A stretch of DNA of 64,000 nt from Akkermansiaceae bacterium (GCA_031425955.1 JANPKJ010000143.1:14239-78238), one strand, 5' to 3'; shown: positions 20,092 to 30,615, numbered from the stretch's first letter. Numbers and translations: made by a program. The notes: generated from the letters alone by a model not told the origin.

Positions 20092-20961
20092 CTATTTGGT
20101 GAGGGCGAGGAAGAGTTCTTCGAGCGTGAGTGGCTGCGTCCGGAGATGCTGCGCGCCGAGTTCCAGCAAAGTGTCCGGCGGGCAAACTTCGGTATCGATC
20201 ACCGCGCGCCAGCGGGCACCTTCACGTTGTTGGAGCGTCAGGCCGGAGACGTGCTGGAAGGCAGCGCCGTTCTCCGCCTCGAATTCCACCTGCAAATGCC
20301 GCTCTACCAACTCTGAGGTGGGGCCTTCCGCCAACAATCGTCCCTTGTGAAGAATGCCCCCAACGTCCGCGAAGCGCTCCAGATCGGCGAGTTGATGGGA
20401 GGAAATGATGACGCTGCGCGACTCGTCGCGAACGATGGCAAGTAGTTCGGAGAAGATGACCTGTTTCGCGTGCGGATCGAGGCCGGTGGTCGGCTCGTCG
20501 AGCACAAGCACCTGCGGATGCCAGGCGAGGGCAAGCAGGAGTGACAGCTTCATGCGCCCCCCGAATGAAAGCGTGGCGATCGGGTCATTTGCGCTGAGTG
20601 CGAATTTTTCCATCAGCCGGGCGCAATAATCCTCGTCCCAAGTCGGGCGGAAGCCGCGGATGAATCGGATCGCCTTGCCGACTTTTTTCCAAGTGGCGTA
20701 GTTGAGATCCGGGCTGACGTAGGCGGCGCGTTGTTTCACGGCCACTTCGTCGCGCTGATGATCGAAGCCGAGCACACGGATGCTGCCGGCGTCCGGCGTG
20801 CCGATGCCGAAGATCTGGTCGAGCAGCGTCGTCTTGCCTGCGCCGTTCGGGCCGATGAGGCCGTAAATCGCGCCGGTCGGCACGGTCAGGTTGACAGGCC
20901 CGAGGGTGAATTTCGGAAAACGTTTTTCCACGGCGGAAATTTCGAGTGCTGGAGTGTTCAT
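20092..20961 (-). CDS. ABC transporter ATP-binding protein (YtrB-like)
   Basis: Walker A GPNGAGKTT, signature LSFGG, Walker B LVLDEPT, H-loop SSH. Confidence 0.95.
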   Translation of the reverse strand: MNTPALEISAVEKRFPKFTLGPVNLTVPTGAIYGLIGPNGAGKTTLLDQIFGIGTPDAGSIRVLGFDHQRDEVAVKQRAAYVSPDLNYATWKKVGKAIRFIRGFRPTWDEDYCARLMEKFALSANDPIATLSFGGRMKLSLLLALAWHPQVLVLDEPTTGLDPHAKQVIFSELLAIVRDESRSVIISSHQLADLERFADVGGILHKGRLLAEGPTSELVERHLQVEFEAENGAAFQHVSGLTLQQREGARWRAVIDTEVCPPDTLLELGAQHLRTQPLTLEELFLALTK

Positions 20962-21359
20962 GGTTGTTCGTTGAGAGTTTCGAGAAAGAGTCGGCGGAGT
21001 TCGGCGGGCTTGAGTCCGGCTTCGGTGGCCTCGCGCAGGGCGTCGCGGAGCAAGCTGCGCGCTTGCCCGAGTTTCACCTCCCGCGAGCGATCGCCACCGC
21101 CTTCCGAGACAAAAGTCCCGAGCCCCTGGCGGCGGAAAATGATGCCCTCGCGCTCCAGTTCCTCGTAAGCGCGCTTCACGGTGATCACGCTCACCAGCAA
21201 CTCCTCCGCGAGCTGGCGGAAGGAGGGCAGCGCCGCGCCCGGTTCGATGCGCCGCTCGCTGATCGCCCGCTTCAGCCCGACGATGATCTGTTCATAGAGC
21301 TTGCCCGGCGCGGCGGGCGAGATCGCGGGGAGCAGGAGTTTGATGGGCTTGGGTGGCAC
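20958..21359 (-). CDS. GntR-family (YtrA subfamily) regulator
   Basis: LYEQI...LPSFRQLAEEL.VSVITVKRAYEELEREG.I..RQGLGTFV; short C-terminus; upstream of ABC genes. Confidence 0.93.
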   Translation of the reverse strand: MPPKPIKLLLPAISPAAPGKLYEQIIVGLKRAISERRIEPGAALPSFRQLAEELLVSVITVKRAYEELEREGIIFRRQGLGTFVSEGGGDRSREVKLGQARSLLRDALREATEAGLKPAELRRLFLETLNEQP

Positions 21360-21425
21360 GACGGATGGTTGGTGTTGCTGTGTATGTTAAGCATACACAG
21401 TAGATCGTCAACCGGATTTTTTCGA

Positions 21426-21443
21426 GAACATATCCATGCTACT
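21426..21443 (+). promoter_or_regulatory. Conserved upstream motif, copy E (GAACATATCCATGCTACT)
   Basis: Upstream of GH39; followed by ATCCGCACCCGTGAATCC, similar to the flank of copy F. Confidence 0.55.
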
Positions 21444-21479
21444 ATCCGCACCCGTGAATCCATGTGATTTTGACCAGAG

Positions 21480-23186
21480 ATGATCGTTCAACTCGATAAT
21501 TCACTCATGGGTCGGTCGGTAAAGTTACTCACCATCCGGCTCGCCTGCGGACTTCTGGTCGCTTCGGCTTCTGCGGAAGAACCCTTCCCGGTCACGATCA
21601 CCGTTGATGCTGCCAAACCCGTCGGCGAGCTGAAACCCATCTGGCGCTTTTTCGGCGCGGACGAGCCGAACTATGCCTACATGAAGGACGGCTCAAAACT
21701 CCTCGGAGAACTGGGCGCGTTGGCACCGAAGCAGATTTATTTCCGCGCCCATAATCTCTTCACTAGTGGCGACGGAGCCTACGCATTGAAGTTCGGTTCG
21801 ACCAGCGCCTACAAGGAAGATGCCGAGGGGAACGCCATCTATGACTGGACGATCAATGACCGGATTTTCGACGCCTATCTGGCAAAAGGAGTGAAGCCGT
21901 TTGTGGAAATCGGGTTCATGCCCGAAGCTCTATCCACCCACCCGGAAAACTACCCACGCAATCCGCCCAAGGACAAGATGGTGAACGTGAAGGCCGGCCA
22001 GGCGCATCCGCCCAAAGACCTCGTGAAGTGGGGCGAACTTTGCTACCAGTGGACCAAGCACTGCGTCGAACGATACGGTCGAGAGGAGGTGGCCACGTGG
22101 TATTGGGAAGTGTGGAATGAACCTAACACCCTTTACTGGCAAGGCACTCGGGAGGAATTCTTCAAGCTCCATGACTACGCGATTCACGGCGTGCGGCGCG
22201 CTCTACCAGAAGCCCGCGTCGGTGGTCCGCACACCGCCGGCGGCCCGGGTGGGACCTTTCTCCGAGAGTTTCTCGAACACTGTGCCCGCGGGAAAAACCA
22301 CGCCACTGGTGAAATCGGCACGCCCGTGGACTTCATCGCGTTCCATGCCAAGGGCAAGCCGACAATGGTCGATGGTCATGTCCGCATGAGCATGAAAAAC
22401 CAACTCAAGAACATCGATGACGCGTTCGCCGTCATCGCGTCGTTTCCTGAATACCGCCGGACTCCCATCGTCATCGGCGAGTGCGATCCGGAAGGATGCG
22501 CAGCCTGCCAGCGCCCCGAGGATGCCTATCGAAATGGAACGATGTATTCCAGCTACACGGCCGCGAGTTTTCCCCGGATCGTGGAACTCGCCGACAAGCG
22601 TGGGGTGAATCTTGACGGTGCCCTGACATGGGCGTTCACTTTTGAAGACCAGCCGCTGTTCGCCGGATTCCGCCAGCTTGCGAGCGGTGGCATCGACCTG
22701 CCCGTGCTCAATGTCTTCCGCATGTTTTCGAAAATGGGCGGTCAGCGGCTCGCTGTCACCAGCAGCGCCGGCCACGACGCCGGGGCGATCCTCGCCCGCG
22801 ACGTTCGCGAACACGCCGATGTCTCCGCGCAGGCCAGTCTCGATGGGAAAAAACTCTCGATCCTCGCGTGGCACTATCATGACGACGATGTGGCCGGACC
22901 GGATGCAGACGTGGAATTGAATGTGGTCGGCCTGCCTGCGGATGCGGGCAACGTGCGCGTCACCCGTCACTCCATCGACCTGGAGCACAGCAATGCGTTC
23001 ATCGCGTGGCAGGCGATGGGTTCGCCCGCCAAGCCCAGTGCGGAACAATTTGCAGAGCTTGAGAAGGCCAGCCAACTCGCCGTCATCCCGCCACCCGGGC
23101 TCGTCCGCAGTTCGTCCACCGCCGGGGCCTTGAAACTCCGGCTTCCCCGCCAGGCCGTCTCACTGATTGGACTCGAGTGGAAATGA
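21480..23186 (+). CDS. GH39 beta-xylosidase
   Basis: WYWEVWNEP acid/base motif, VGGP, IGECDP nucleophile region; signal peptide. Confidence 0.9.
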   Translation: MIVQLDNSLMGRSVKLLTIRLACGLLVASASAEEPFPVTITVDAAKPVGELKPIWRFFGADEPNYAYMKDGSKLLGELGALAPKQIYFRAHNLFTSGDGAYALKFGSTSAYKEDAEGNAIYDWTINDRIFDAYLAKGVKPFVEIGFMPEALSTHPENYPRNPPKDKMVNVKAGQAHPPKDLVKWGELCYQWTKHCVERYGREEVATWYWEVWNEPNTLYWQGTREEFFKLHDYAIHGVRRALPEARVGGPHTAGGPGGTFLREFLEHCARGKNHATGEIGTPVDFIAFHAKGKPTMVDGHVRMSMKNQLKNIDDAFAVIASFPEYRRTPIVIGECDPEGCAACQRPEDAYRNGTMYSSYTAASFPRIVELADKRGVNLDGALTWAFTFEDQPLFAGFRQLASGGIDLPVLNVFRMFSKMGGQRLAVTSSAGHDAGAILARDVREHADVSAQASLDGKKLSILAWHYHDDDVAGPDADVELNVVGLPADAGNVRVTRHSIDLEHSNAFIAWQAMGSPAKPSAEQFAELEKASQLAVIPPPGLVRSSSTAGALKLRLPRQAVSLIGLEWK

Positions 23187-23213
23187 TGTGGTATACGGTC
23201 TAACACGCAATTC

Positions 23214-24653
23214 ATGATGAAACACACGATGAAATGTCATTTTCTCCTCATCGCGTTAGCCGCGATCCCGCTCATGTCGCTTTCCGCTGCCGATGCGACG
23301 AAGCCGAACGTCCTTTTCATCCTCGTGGACGACTTCGGTTCGCGTGACCTCGGCTGCTATGGCTCGGCGCTTTACCAAACGCCTAACATGGATCAACTCG
23401 CCAAATCCGGTGCTCGTTTCACGCAGGCCTACGTTGCCTATCCGCGCTGCGTGCCCTCGCGTTTCGCCTACTTCACCGGCAAGCATCCCGCGCGCATCAC
23501 CAACGGCAGTCCTCACGTCGAACCGGGGCGTGACATCACGATTGCCCAGCCATTCAAGGAGGCGGGCTATGCGACATTTTATTGCGGCAAGTGGCATATT
23601 GGCACCGAGTCGGCTGCTCCCGAACGGGTCGGTTTCAATACGGCCATCGCCACCGGCGGTGGGGCGGCAGGGGCCACTCGCTCGCATTTCGCCCCCTACG
23701 CCAAGCAGAAAAGATCTAACGGCGGAAACGAAAGCCAGGCTGCCATCATCGATCTCGATGACGCGGCCGAGGGCGAATATCTTACCGACCGTCTCACCAC
23801 GGAAACGATGAAATTCATCGCGTCTCACAAGGATCAGCCCTTCTTCGCCGTGCTGGCACATTACGCCGTCCACACGCCCATCGAGGCGAAGGCAGAACTC
23901 GTTGATCAATACAGGAAGAAGCTCGACACGATGCCGAAGCCGGCGGTCTTGTTTGAAAAGGAAAGCGCGGGCGAAAACCTCATCGTGCAGAACAACGCGA
24001 CTTACGCCGCCATGATCCAGAGCGTGGACGAGGGGGTCGGCCGGCTGATGAAGCAACTCCAGGAACTCGGCATCGCAGACCGCACGATCGTCGTGCTGGC
24101 CAGCGACCACGGCGGTCTATCCGCGCGGGGCAACAAACGTGAGGTAGCCACCTCGAACCGTCCGTTGCGTGCCGGCAAGGGGCACCTTTACGAAGGCGGC
24201 TTGCGCATCCCGTTCATCGTCCGCTGGCACGGACACACTCAGGCTGGTCGCGAGATCGCCACGCCGGTCAGTTCGCTGGATGTTTTTCCTACATTTCTCG
24301 AAATGGCCGGAATCCCGAAGCCCGCAACCTTCCAGGGCGACGGACTCAGCATCACGGGTGTGCTCGAAGGTGGGACGGCACCGCTTCGCGATACGTTCTA
24401 CTGGAACAATCCCGCGCCTCGCCCGACTCAAACCGCTGATTTGTTATCGTCCGCCATCCGCGTCGGGGATCTGAAGCTGATCGAGTTCCCCGAGGAGAAG
24501 CGGGTCGAACTTTATGATCTGTCAAAGGACATGGGCGAATCGACGAACCTGGCCGAGCAGCGTCCTGCGGACACCGGTCGGCTGCTGGAGAAACTTTACG
24601 GATGGAAGAAGGAAGTCGGTGCGCGCGAAGGTAAGAAGGCAGAGTCCAAGTAG
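23214..24653 (+). CDS. Sulfatase (S1)
   Basis: PNVLFILVDD, CVPSR, GKWH, SDHG, KGHLYEGG. Confidence 0.93.
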   Translation: MMKHTMKCHFLLIALAAIPLMSLSAADATKPNVLFILVDDFGSRDLGCYGSALYQTPNMDQLAKSGARFTQAYVAYPRCVPSRFAYFTGKHPARITNGSPHVEPGRDITIAQPFKEAGYATFYCGKWHIGTESAAPERVGFNTAIATGGGAAGATRSHFAPYAKQKRSNGGNESQAAIIDLDDAAEGEYLTDRLTTETMKFIASHKDQPFFAVLAHYAVHTPIEAKAELVDQYRKKLDTMPKPAVLFEKESAGENLIVQNNATYAAMIQSVDEGVGRLMKQLQELGIADRTIVVLASDHGGLSARGNKREVATSNRPLRAGKGHLYEGGLRIPFIVRWHGHTQAGREIATPVSSLDVFPTFLEMAGIPKPATFQGDGLSITGVLEGGTAPLRDTFYWNNPAPRPTQTADLLSSAIRVGDLKLIEFPEEKRVELYDLSKDMGESTNLAEQRPADTGRLLEKLYGWKKEVGAREGKKAESK

Positions 24654-24694
24654 CCCCGCCCATCGAACTCTCAAAAACCACCAATGAAACCCGA

Positions 24695-25708
24695 ATGATG
24701 AAAACTCCCACCTCCTTGCTAACAATTTTACTCGCCGCACATCTGTGCGCTTGCCCGTGCCACGCCGAAATCACTCCTGGCGACGAGGTCATGCTTGTCT
24801 CGTTTTTCCGCGGCAACGGCGAGGCCGGCGTCTTCCTCGCCACCAGCGACGACGGGCTGCGGTTCACGCCACTCAACGATGACAAGCCGGTGATGAAGCC
24901 GGCCCCGTGGAAAAAGCAGAATCTAACCCGAGATCCGTCGATGGTTTTCCATGACGGCAGGTTTCACGCCGTCTGGACCACGAACTGGAAAGGGGATTGC
25001 TTCGCCTACGCGGAATCCGCGGATCTGGTCACCTGGTCCGATCCGGTGCGCGTCGAGCCGTTTCCCGACAAGAAGCCGAAAAACACCTGGGCGCCGGAAA
25101 TCTGTTGGGACCCGATGCGGCGGGATTTCATGATCCTCTGGAGCTCGGATCTGGAGGGCAAAGGCAACCGGATCCAGATGACGCGGACGGCGGATGGGAA
25201 GACATTCTCGGAACGCCAGTTGTTTTTGGATCGTCCGTTCGGCTGCATTGATGCCTTTCCCCTGCGGGAAGAAGACTCCAAGCGCTGGGTGATGGTGTAT
25301 AAAAACGAGGAGGCGGAGGCGAAGGGCGGCAAAAACCTGCGGGTGGCCGCAGCGCCGCTCGATTTCTCCAAGCCGTGGGTCGATCTGGTGGACAAGCCGA
25401 TCATCGGGCCAGGCTCGGCGGTGGCGGCCGATACGATGACCGAAGGCCCGACCTTGTTGAAGATGGGCAAGGAATATTTCCTCTACTGGGACTCGCCCTT
25501 GCGCGGTAGAAAACCGGGCGTGCCGCAGAAGCAGGCGGACAAGCAATCGCCCGGCGATTCGTTCGGCATGGCCAGCTCCACCGACCTGGTCACCTGGACG
25601 GATCACACCGCCGAGCTGCGCCTGCCGAGCAACGTGCGTCACGGCACGGTTTTCCGCGCACCGCGTGCGGCAGTCGGCTGGTTGAAGAAACCGGCACCTG
25701 GAAAATAA
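24695..25708 (+). CDS. GH43-like five-bladed propeller glycoside hydrolase
   Basis: RDPS, WAPE, CIDA, TEGP blade motifs; signal peptide. Confidence 0.75.
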   Translation: MMKTPTSLLTILLAAHLCACPCHAEITPGDEVMLVSFFRGNGEAGVFLATSDDGLRFTPLNDDKPVMKPAPWKKQNLTRDPSMVFHDGRFHAVWTTNWKGDCFAYAESADLVTWSDPVRVEPFPDKKPKNTWAPEICWDPMRRDFMILWSSDLEGKGNRIQMTRTADGKTFSERQLFLDRPFGCIDAFPLREEDSKRWVMVYKNEEAEAKGGKNLRVAAAPLDFSKPWVDLVDKPIIGPGSAVAADTMTEGPTLLKMGKEYFLYWDSPLRGRKPGVPQKQADKQSPGDSFGMASSTDLVTWTDHTAELRLPSNVRHGTVFRAPRAAVGWLKKPAPGK

Positions 25709-25758
25709 CAGGGCGGGGGAGCTGCCGGTGCGGATTCGACGTGCCAAAAAGGGGCGTG

Positions 25759-25776
25759 GAGCATATTTGTGCGACT
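25759..25776 (+). promoter_or_regulatory. Conserved upstream motif, copy F (GAGCATATTTGTGCGACT)
   Basis: About 100 bp upstream of the sulfatase ATG at 25879. Confidence 0.65.
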
Positions 25777-25878
25777 ATTCGCCCCGGTGAATCCAAACGA
25801 AACTTGTCACCTGAAACCTCTGTAAAGATCCGACGAATTTTACAGGTTTCTTTCCAACCTGATCACAACCCAAGTCCC

Positions 25879-27411
25879 ATGCGCAAAACCCTAGCGGTTG
25901 CTTTTCTTTCCACCCTTTCCTTAGGGCCTGCCTCGCTTGCCGCCGAAGACAAACGCCCGAACATCGTCTTCATCATGGCGGACGATCACGCCTGGCAGGC
26001 GATCAGTGCTTACGGAGAATCCAGAAACCTCATTCAGACGCCTAACATCGACCGGCTCGCCCGCGAAGGTGTGCGCTTCGACCGCTGCATGGTGGGCAAT
26101 CCATTGTGCGGCCCGAGCCGCGCCTCGATCCTCACCGGCACCTACAGCCACATCAACGGCTTTTATAACAACTACAACTGCCGGTTCGACGGTTCCCAGA
26201 CCACGTTTCCGCAGTTGTTGCAAAAGGCCGGCTACCAGACAGCGCTCTTCGGCAAGTGGCATTTGGAAACCGACCCGACCGGCTTCGACCATTGGGAGAT
26301 CCTTCCTGCCCAAGGCATCTATTACAACCCGCCGATGATCCGAAACGGCGAGCGCGTGAAACATCCGGGCTATGTCACCGACATCATCACCGACCTCTCG
26401 CTGGACTGGTTGAAAAATCGCGACACGAGCAAGCCATTCATGCTGCTGAGTTGGAGCAAGGCACCGCATCGCATCTGGGAGCCTGCGCTGCGGGATCTTG
26501 ATTTCGACAAAGACCGGATCTACCCCAAACCGGACAACCTGTTTGACGACTATTCCGGTCGTGGTCTCGCCGTCCGTGATCAAAACATGACCATCGCCGA
26601 AACGATGCGTCTCAACGAGGACAACAAGCTCACCACTCCGACGGATCTCACGCCGGAGCAGCAAAAAGTGTGGGACGCCTATTACGTCCCGCGCAACGAG
26701 GCGTTTCTGAAAAGGAATCTCAGCGGACGCGAACTCACGGAATGGAAATACAACCGCTACCTTCACGACTACCTCGGCTGTGTCAAAAGCGTGGATGACA
26801 ACGTCGGCCGGATCCTCAAATACCTCGATGAAAGCGGACTCGCGGAAAACACCATCGTCATTTACACCTCGGATCAGGGCTTTTTTCTCGGCGAGCACGG
26901 TTGGTTCGACAAGCGCTGGATTTTCCAGGAAGCCGCGCGCACTCCGCTGTTAGTCCGCTGGCCGGGGACCGCCAAAGCCGGCAGTGTGAACAAGGACATC
27001 GTTTCCAACATCGACCTTGCGGGGACCCTCTTGGAAGCCGCCGGCCTACCCATCCCGGAACGGATCCAAGGCCGCAGCCTGGTTCCCGTGCTGCGGGGCG
27101 CGACGCCGGCCGACTGGCGCAAGGCCTTCTATTTCCACTACTACGAGTTTCCCGCAGATCACCGGGTGCGCCCGCACTACGGCGTCGTCACTGACCGCTA
27201 CACGCTCGCTCATTTCTACGCGCCGGATGTGGATTACTGGGAGCTCTATGATCGTGAAAAGGACCCGCGCGAAATGCGCAGTGTTTTTGGTGATCCCGGC
27301 TACGCCGATGTGCAAGCCGGTCTCATGCGGGATGTCACCCGTCTGCGCACCGAGTTGAAAGAACCCGCCAAGGACGATACGAAGGCATATGGCCGAGCCA
27401 CCCAGTTTTGA
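25879..27411 (+). CDS. Sulfatase (N-acetylglucosamine-6-sulfatase-like)
   Basis: PNIVFIMADDH, CGPSR, GKWHL, SDQGFFLGEHGWFDKRW. Confidence 0.92.
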   Translation: MRKTLAVAFLSTLSLGPASLAAEDKRPNIVFIMADDHAWQAISAYGESRNLIQTPNIDRLAREGVRFDRCMVGNPLCGPSRASILTGTYSHINGFYNNYNCRFDGSQTTFPQLLQKAGYQTALFGKWHLETDPTGFDHWEILPAQGIYYNPPMIRNGERVKHPGYVTDIITDLSLDWLKNRDTSKPFMLLSWSKAPHRIWEPALRDLDFDKDRIYPKPDNLFDDYSGRGLAVRDQNMTIAETMRLNEDNKLTTPTDLTPEQQKVWDAYYVPRNEAFLKRNLSGRELTEWKYNRYLHDYLGCVKSVDDNVGRILKYLDESGLAENTIVIYTSDQGFFLGEHGWFDKRWIFQEAARTPLLVRWPGTAKAGSVNKDIVSNIDLAGTLLEAAGLPIPERIQGRSLVPVLRGATPADWRKAFYFHYYEFPADHRVRPHYGVVTDRYTLAHFYAPDVDYWELYDREKDPREMRSVFGDPGYADVQAGLMRDVTRLRTELKEPAKDDTKAYGRATQF

Positions 27412-27420
27412 CCCGCGAAA

Positions 27421-28977
27421 ATGCAAAAAATAATATTTCTATCATTGGGCAGCCTTCTTTTTATGTCGTCATGGTCCGCTTCAGCGGGACCGGCGAAGAA
27501 TGTGTTGTTCATCGCCGTCGATGACCTGAAGCCGATCCTCGGATGTTATGGCGACCCACTGATCAAGACTCCCAACATCGACAAGCTTGCGCGGAGCGGA
27601 ACGGTGTTTTTAAACAACCAATGCCAGCAGGCGGTCTGCGGGCCTACCCGTGCCAGCCTAATGACGGGTTTGCGCCCGGACAAAACCCAAGTCTGGGATC
27701 TCAAGACCCGCATGCGGGATCGCAATCCAGACATCCTCAGCTTGCCGCAGTATTTGCGCCAGAATGGCTACACCACTGCGGGAGCCGGCAAGATTTTCGA
27801 TCCCCGCTGCGTGGACAAGAAATTCGACGAACCTTCCTGGTCGATCCCCTTTATTCACTCCCCCAAGGTGATCGGGACTGCCAGTTTCAGCCCGCCGGTA
27901 CTCGGCTCCTATCAGTCACCGAGGGCCCACGAGTTGCTGAAGGAAACCGAAGAAAAAGGGATCAAAGACTTTGGCGGACAGCAGAAATATTTTTTCGAGC
28001 ATGGCGGCTGGCCGGCGGTCGAGTCGGCCGATGTCCCGGATGAGGCTTACAAGGATGGAGCGATCGCCGCGCAGGGGATCCGCTATCTGAATGAACTGAA
28101 GCAGGCGGGCAAGCCGTTCTTCCTGGCCGTGGGATTCACCAAGCCGCATCTGCCGTTCGTCGCACCGAAAAAGTACTGGGATCTCTACCAGCGTGGTGAT
28201 TTCAAGGTGCATCCTTTCCAGAAAAAATCTGCGAATTCCGAGGAAATCGCCTATCACAAATCCGGTGAGATCCGCGCTTACAACGGCATTCCGGACTTCG
28301 ACAGCTATTCCGATGATTCCTCCCAACACCTGCCGGAGGCCGTGCAGAAGGAGTTGATTCACGGCTATCATGCCAGTGTTTCCTATCTGGATTCGCAGAT
28401 AGGCCGGGTGCTGGACGAGCTGGCCCGACTGGGCTTGAGCGACAGCACCGCCATTGTGCTGTGGGGCGATCACGGCTGGCATCTGGGCGACCACGGATTG
28501 TGGTGCAAGCACAGCAACTTCGAGCAGGCCACCCGCGCGCCTCTGATCTTTTCGGCCCCGGGAATGAAGGGCGGCCAGAAGGCCGCGGCTCCGGTCGAGT
28601 TTTTGGACATCTTTCCGACCCTCTGCGAACTCACCGGTCTGGCGATTCCCAAGCACCTTGATGGTGTGAGCCTGGTCCCGTTGCTGAAGGAGCCGAAGGG
28701 TTCCGTCAAGGAAGTGGCGATCAGCCAGTGGCCCACCGGTAAGGCAGGAAAGGGAATGGGCTATGCCCTGCGCGACGAGCGTTATCGATATGTGGAATGG
28801 ATCACCGATGGTGACAGCACCAAGGCGTATGATTCGACCAAGGTGATCGGACGCGAGCTTTACGACTACCAGAAGGACCCGATGGAGACTGTCAATGCTG
28901 CGGAGCTTCCCGAGTCCGAGAAGGTGGTAGAACTGATGAACCGCCGCCTGCGCGCTTATTTTGCCAAGAAAAATTGA
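27421..28977 (+). CDS. Sulfatase (iduronate-2-sulfatase-like)
   Basis: NVLFIAVDDL, QQAVCGPTR, KPHLPF, GDHGWHLGDHG.WCKH. Confidence 0.92.
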   Translation: MQKIIFLSLGSLLFMSSWSASAGPAKNVLFIAVDDLKPILGCYGDPLIKTPNIDKLARSGTVFLNNQCQQAVCGPTRASLMTGLRPDKTQVWDLKTRMRDRNPDILSLPQYLRQNGYTTAGAGKIFDPRCVDKKFDEPSWSIPFIHSPKVIGTASFSPPVLGSYQSPRAHELLKETEEKGIKDFGGQQKYFFEHGGWPAVESADVPDEAYKDGAIAAQGIRYLNELKQAGKPFFLAVGFTKPHLPFVAPKKYWDLYQRGDFKVHPFQKKSANSEEIAYHKSGEIRAYNGIPDFDSYSDDSSQHLPEAVQKELIHGYHASVSYLDSQIGRVLDELARLGLSDSTAIVLWGDHGWHLGDHGLWCKHSNFEQATRAPLIFSAPGMKGGQKAAAPVEFLDIFPTLCELTGLAIPKHLDGVSLVPLLKEPKGSVKEVAISQWPTGKAGKGMGYALRDERYRYVEWITDGDSTKAYDSTKVIGRELYDYQKDPMETVNAAELPESEKVVELMNRRLRAYFAKKN

Positions 28978-28986
28978 AGAACAGCC

Positions 28987-30366
28987 ATGATGATGAACTC
29001 ACGTTGTAACTTGCTGAAGCGCATCGCGGCCGTAGCTGGCGCAATGTTCCTGACCTCGTATTTTGGTGGGGCTCAGGAAGATTCCCATTTGGACAATCCT
29101 TTTGTAGGCGCAACGTTCTACCGCGATGTCGATTTCGTGTCCGCGGTGAATGGCGCCGCCTCTCTGCAAGGTGGCGCGCTGGGCGAGCGGATGAAGAAGG
29201 TGGCGGATCATCCGACCTTCGTCTGGCTGGACACCATCGCGGCGATTCACGGCACGAACGGCTATCCTCGCGGCCTTGCCAGCCACTTGGACCAGGCGCT
29301 CGCGCAGGGGGCGAATGCCATCGGCATCGTGATCTACAATCTTCCTAACCGCGATGGCTCTGCCTTGGCTTCCAACGGTGAACTGCTGGTTTCCAAAGAT
29401 GGTATCAACCGCTACAAGAAGGAATACATCGACCCGATTTTCAAGATCATCAGTCTGCCGAAATATGGCAAACTGCGGATCGTGATGGTGATCGAACCGG
29501 ATTCCCTTCCCAACCTGATCACGAATCTGGGTTTTCCCAAAGTGAAGGAAGCGCAAACGTCGGGGGCTTACGTCGAAGGTGTCCAATATGCCATCGGAAC
29601 ATTGCGGTCGATTCGTAACACCTACGCTTACGTCGATGTGGCTCACGCGGCCTGGCTGGGTTGGGCATCCAATTTGAAGCCTTTTGCCGCGCTGCTCAAG
29701 AAGATGGGTTCAGGAATTTTGGGCGGTAATAGCAAGGTGGACGGCTTTATTAGCAATACCTCCAACTACAATGTGTTCGTCGAGCCATACATGACGGGCG
29801 ATCAGAAGATCGGCAAGCGGACGGTGCGCTCGCTGCGGGCCTGGTATGACGCAAACGATTCGATTGACGAGCAGAGTTTTGGCAACGCCTTGCGCAATCA
29901 GCTGATCAACGGAGACGATGCGTATCCTGCCCGCGTCGGGCTGCTGTTGGACACCTCGCGCAATGGCTGGGGCGGGCCGAACCGGCCGACTGGTCCGAGC
30001 ACCTCCGCGGATCTGCGCGAGTTCGTGCGCGCTACCACCCTCGACAGGCGCATCCACAAGGGAAACTGGGGCAACCAAAGCGGGGCTGGCATCGGCGCCA
30101 GACCCGCTGCCAATCCAGCACCTAACTACCACGCCTTTGTGTGGGTGAAACCACCCGGTTTTTCCGATGGATCCAGCTCCTTGATACCCACCGGGCCGGA
30201 CAATCCGACGGGCAAGGGGTTCGACCGGATGTGCGATCCGACTTATCATGGAAACTCCTTGAACGCGAGAAATCTCACCGGGGCCTTGCCCAATGCACCG
30301 GTCGCGGGTCGCTGGTTCCAGGCCCAGTTCGTGCAGTTGGTGGAGAATGCCTATCCCGGGTTTTAG
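28987..30366 (+). CDS. GH6 cellobiohydrolase, copy 1 (catalytic domain only)
   Basis: DNPF.GA, VWLD, YNLPNRD.SALASNGE, IEPDSL (catalytic acid), DTSRNG, WVKPPG.SDG, DRMCDP. Confidence 0.92.
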   Translation: MMMNSRCNLLKRIAAVAGAMFLTSYFGGAQEDSHLDNPFVGATFYRDVDFVSAVNGAASLQGGALGERMKKVADHPTFVWLDTIAAIHGTNGYPRGLASHLDQALAQGANAIGIVIYNLPNRDGSALASNGELLVSKDGINRYKKEYIDPIFKIISLPKYGKLRIVMVIEPDSLPNLITNLGFPKVKEAQTSGAYVEGVQYAIGTLRSIRNTYAYVDVAHAAWLGWASNLKPFAALLKKMGSGILGGNSKVDGFISNTSNYNVFVEPYMTGDQKIGKRTVRSLRAWYDANDSIDEQSFGNALRNQLINGDDAYPARVGLLLDTSRNGWGGPNRPTGPSTSADLREFVRATTLDRRIHKGNWGNQSGAGIGARPAANPAPNYHAFVWVKPPGFSDGSSSLIPTGPDNPTGKGFDRMCDPTYHGNSLNARNLTGALPNAPVAGRWFQAQFVQLVENAYPGF

Positions 30367-30580
30367 GAGGATCATGACGACTGCATCATTTTGATCGCCC
30401 GCCGCATGGGCCACGGCAGCAATACCTATCCAGCCCATGAATCCACTTCGTGTTTCTTTCCCACTTATGATGCGGGGAACAGCGTGCTTACGTTCACTTT
30501 CAAGGTCGAGCAGGATTTGCGCGAGGCCTCGATTTTCGGATTACGCCAGGTTAGAACACCGGCAGTGCCGTAAATGCCAA

Positions 30581-30615
30581 GAGCATGATTGTGCGACTGG
30601 ATATCGATGTGACTT
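30581..30615 (+). promoter_or_regulatory. Conserved upstream motif, copy G (GAGCATGATTGTGCGACT) plus partial tandem copy
   Basis: Upstream of the GH48 gene; followed by GGATATCGATGTGACT. Confidence 0.6.

Noticed and set aside
17750-21359. YtrA/ABC/DUF6263 operon as a novel system
   Set aside because: Widespread known operon type
30391-30573. Small ORF possibly a remnant of the shared module (YDAGNSVLTFTFK)
   Set aside because: Too short and lacks the DxDxDG and EYA hallmarks
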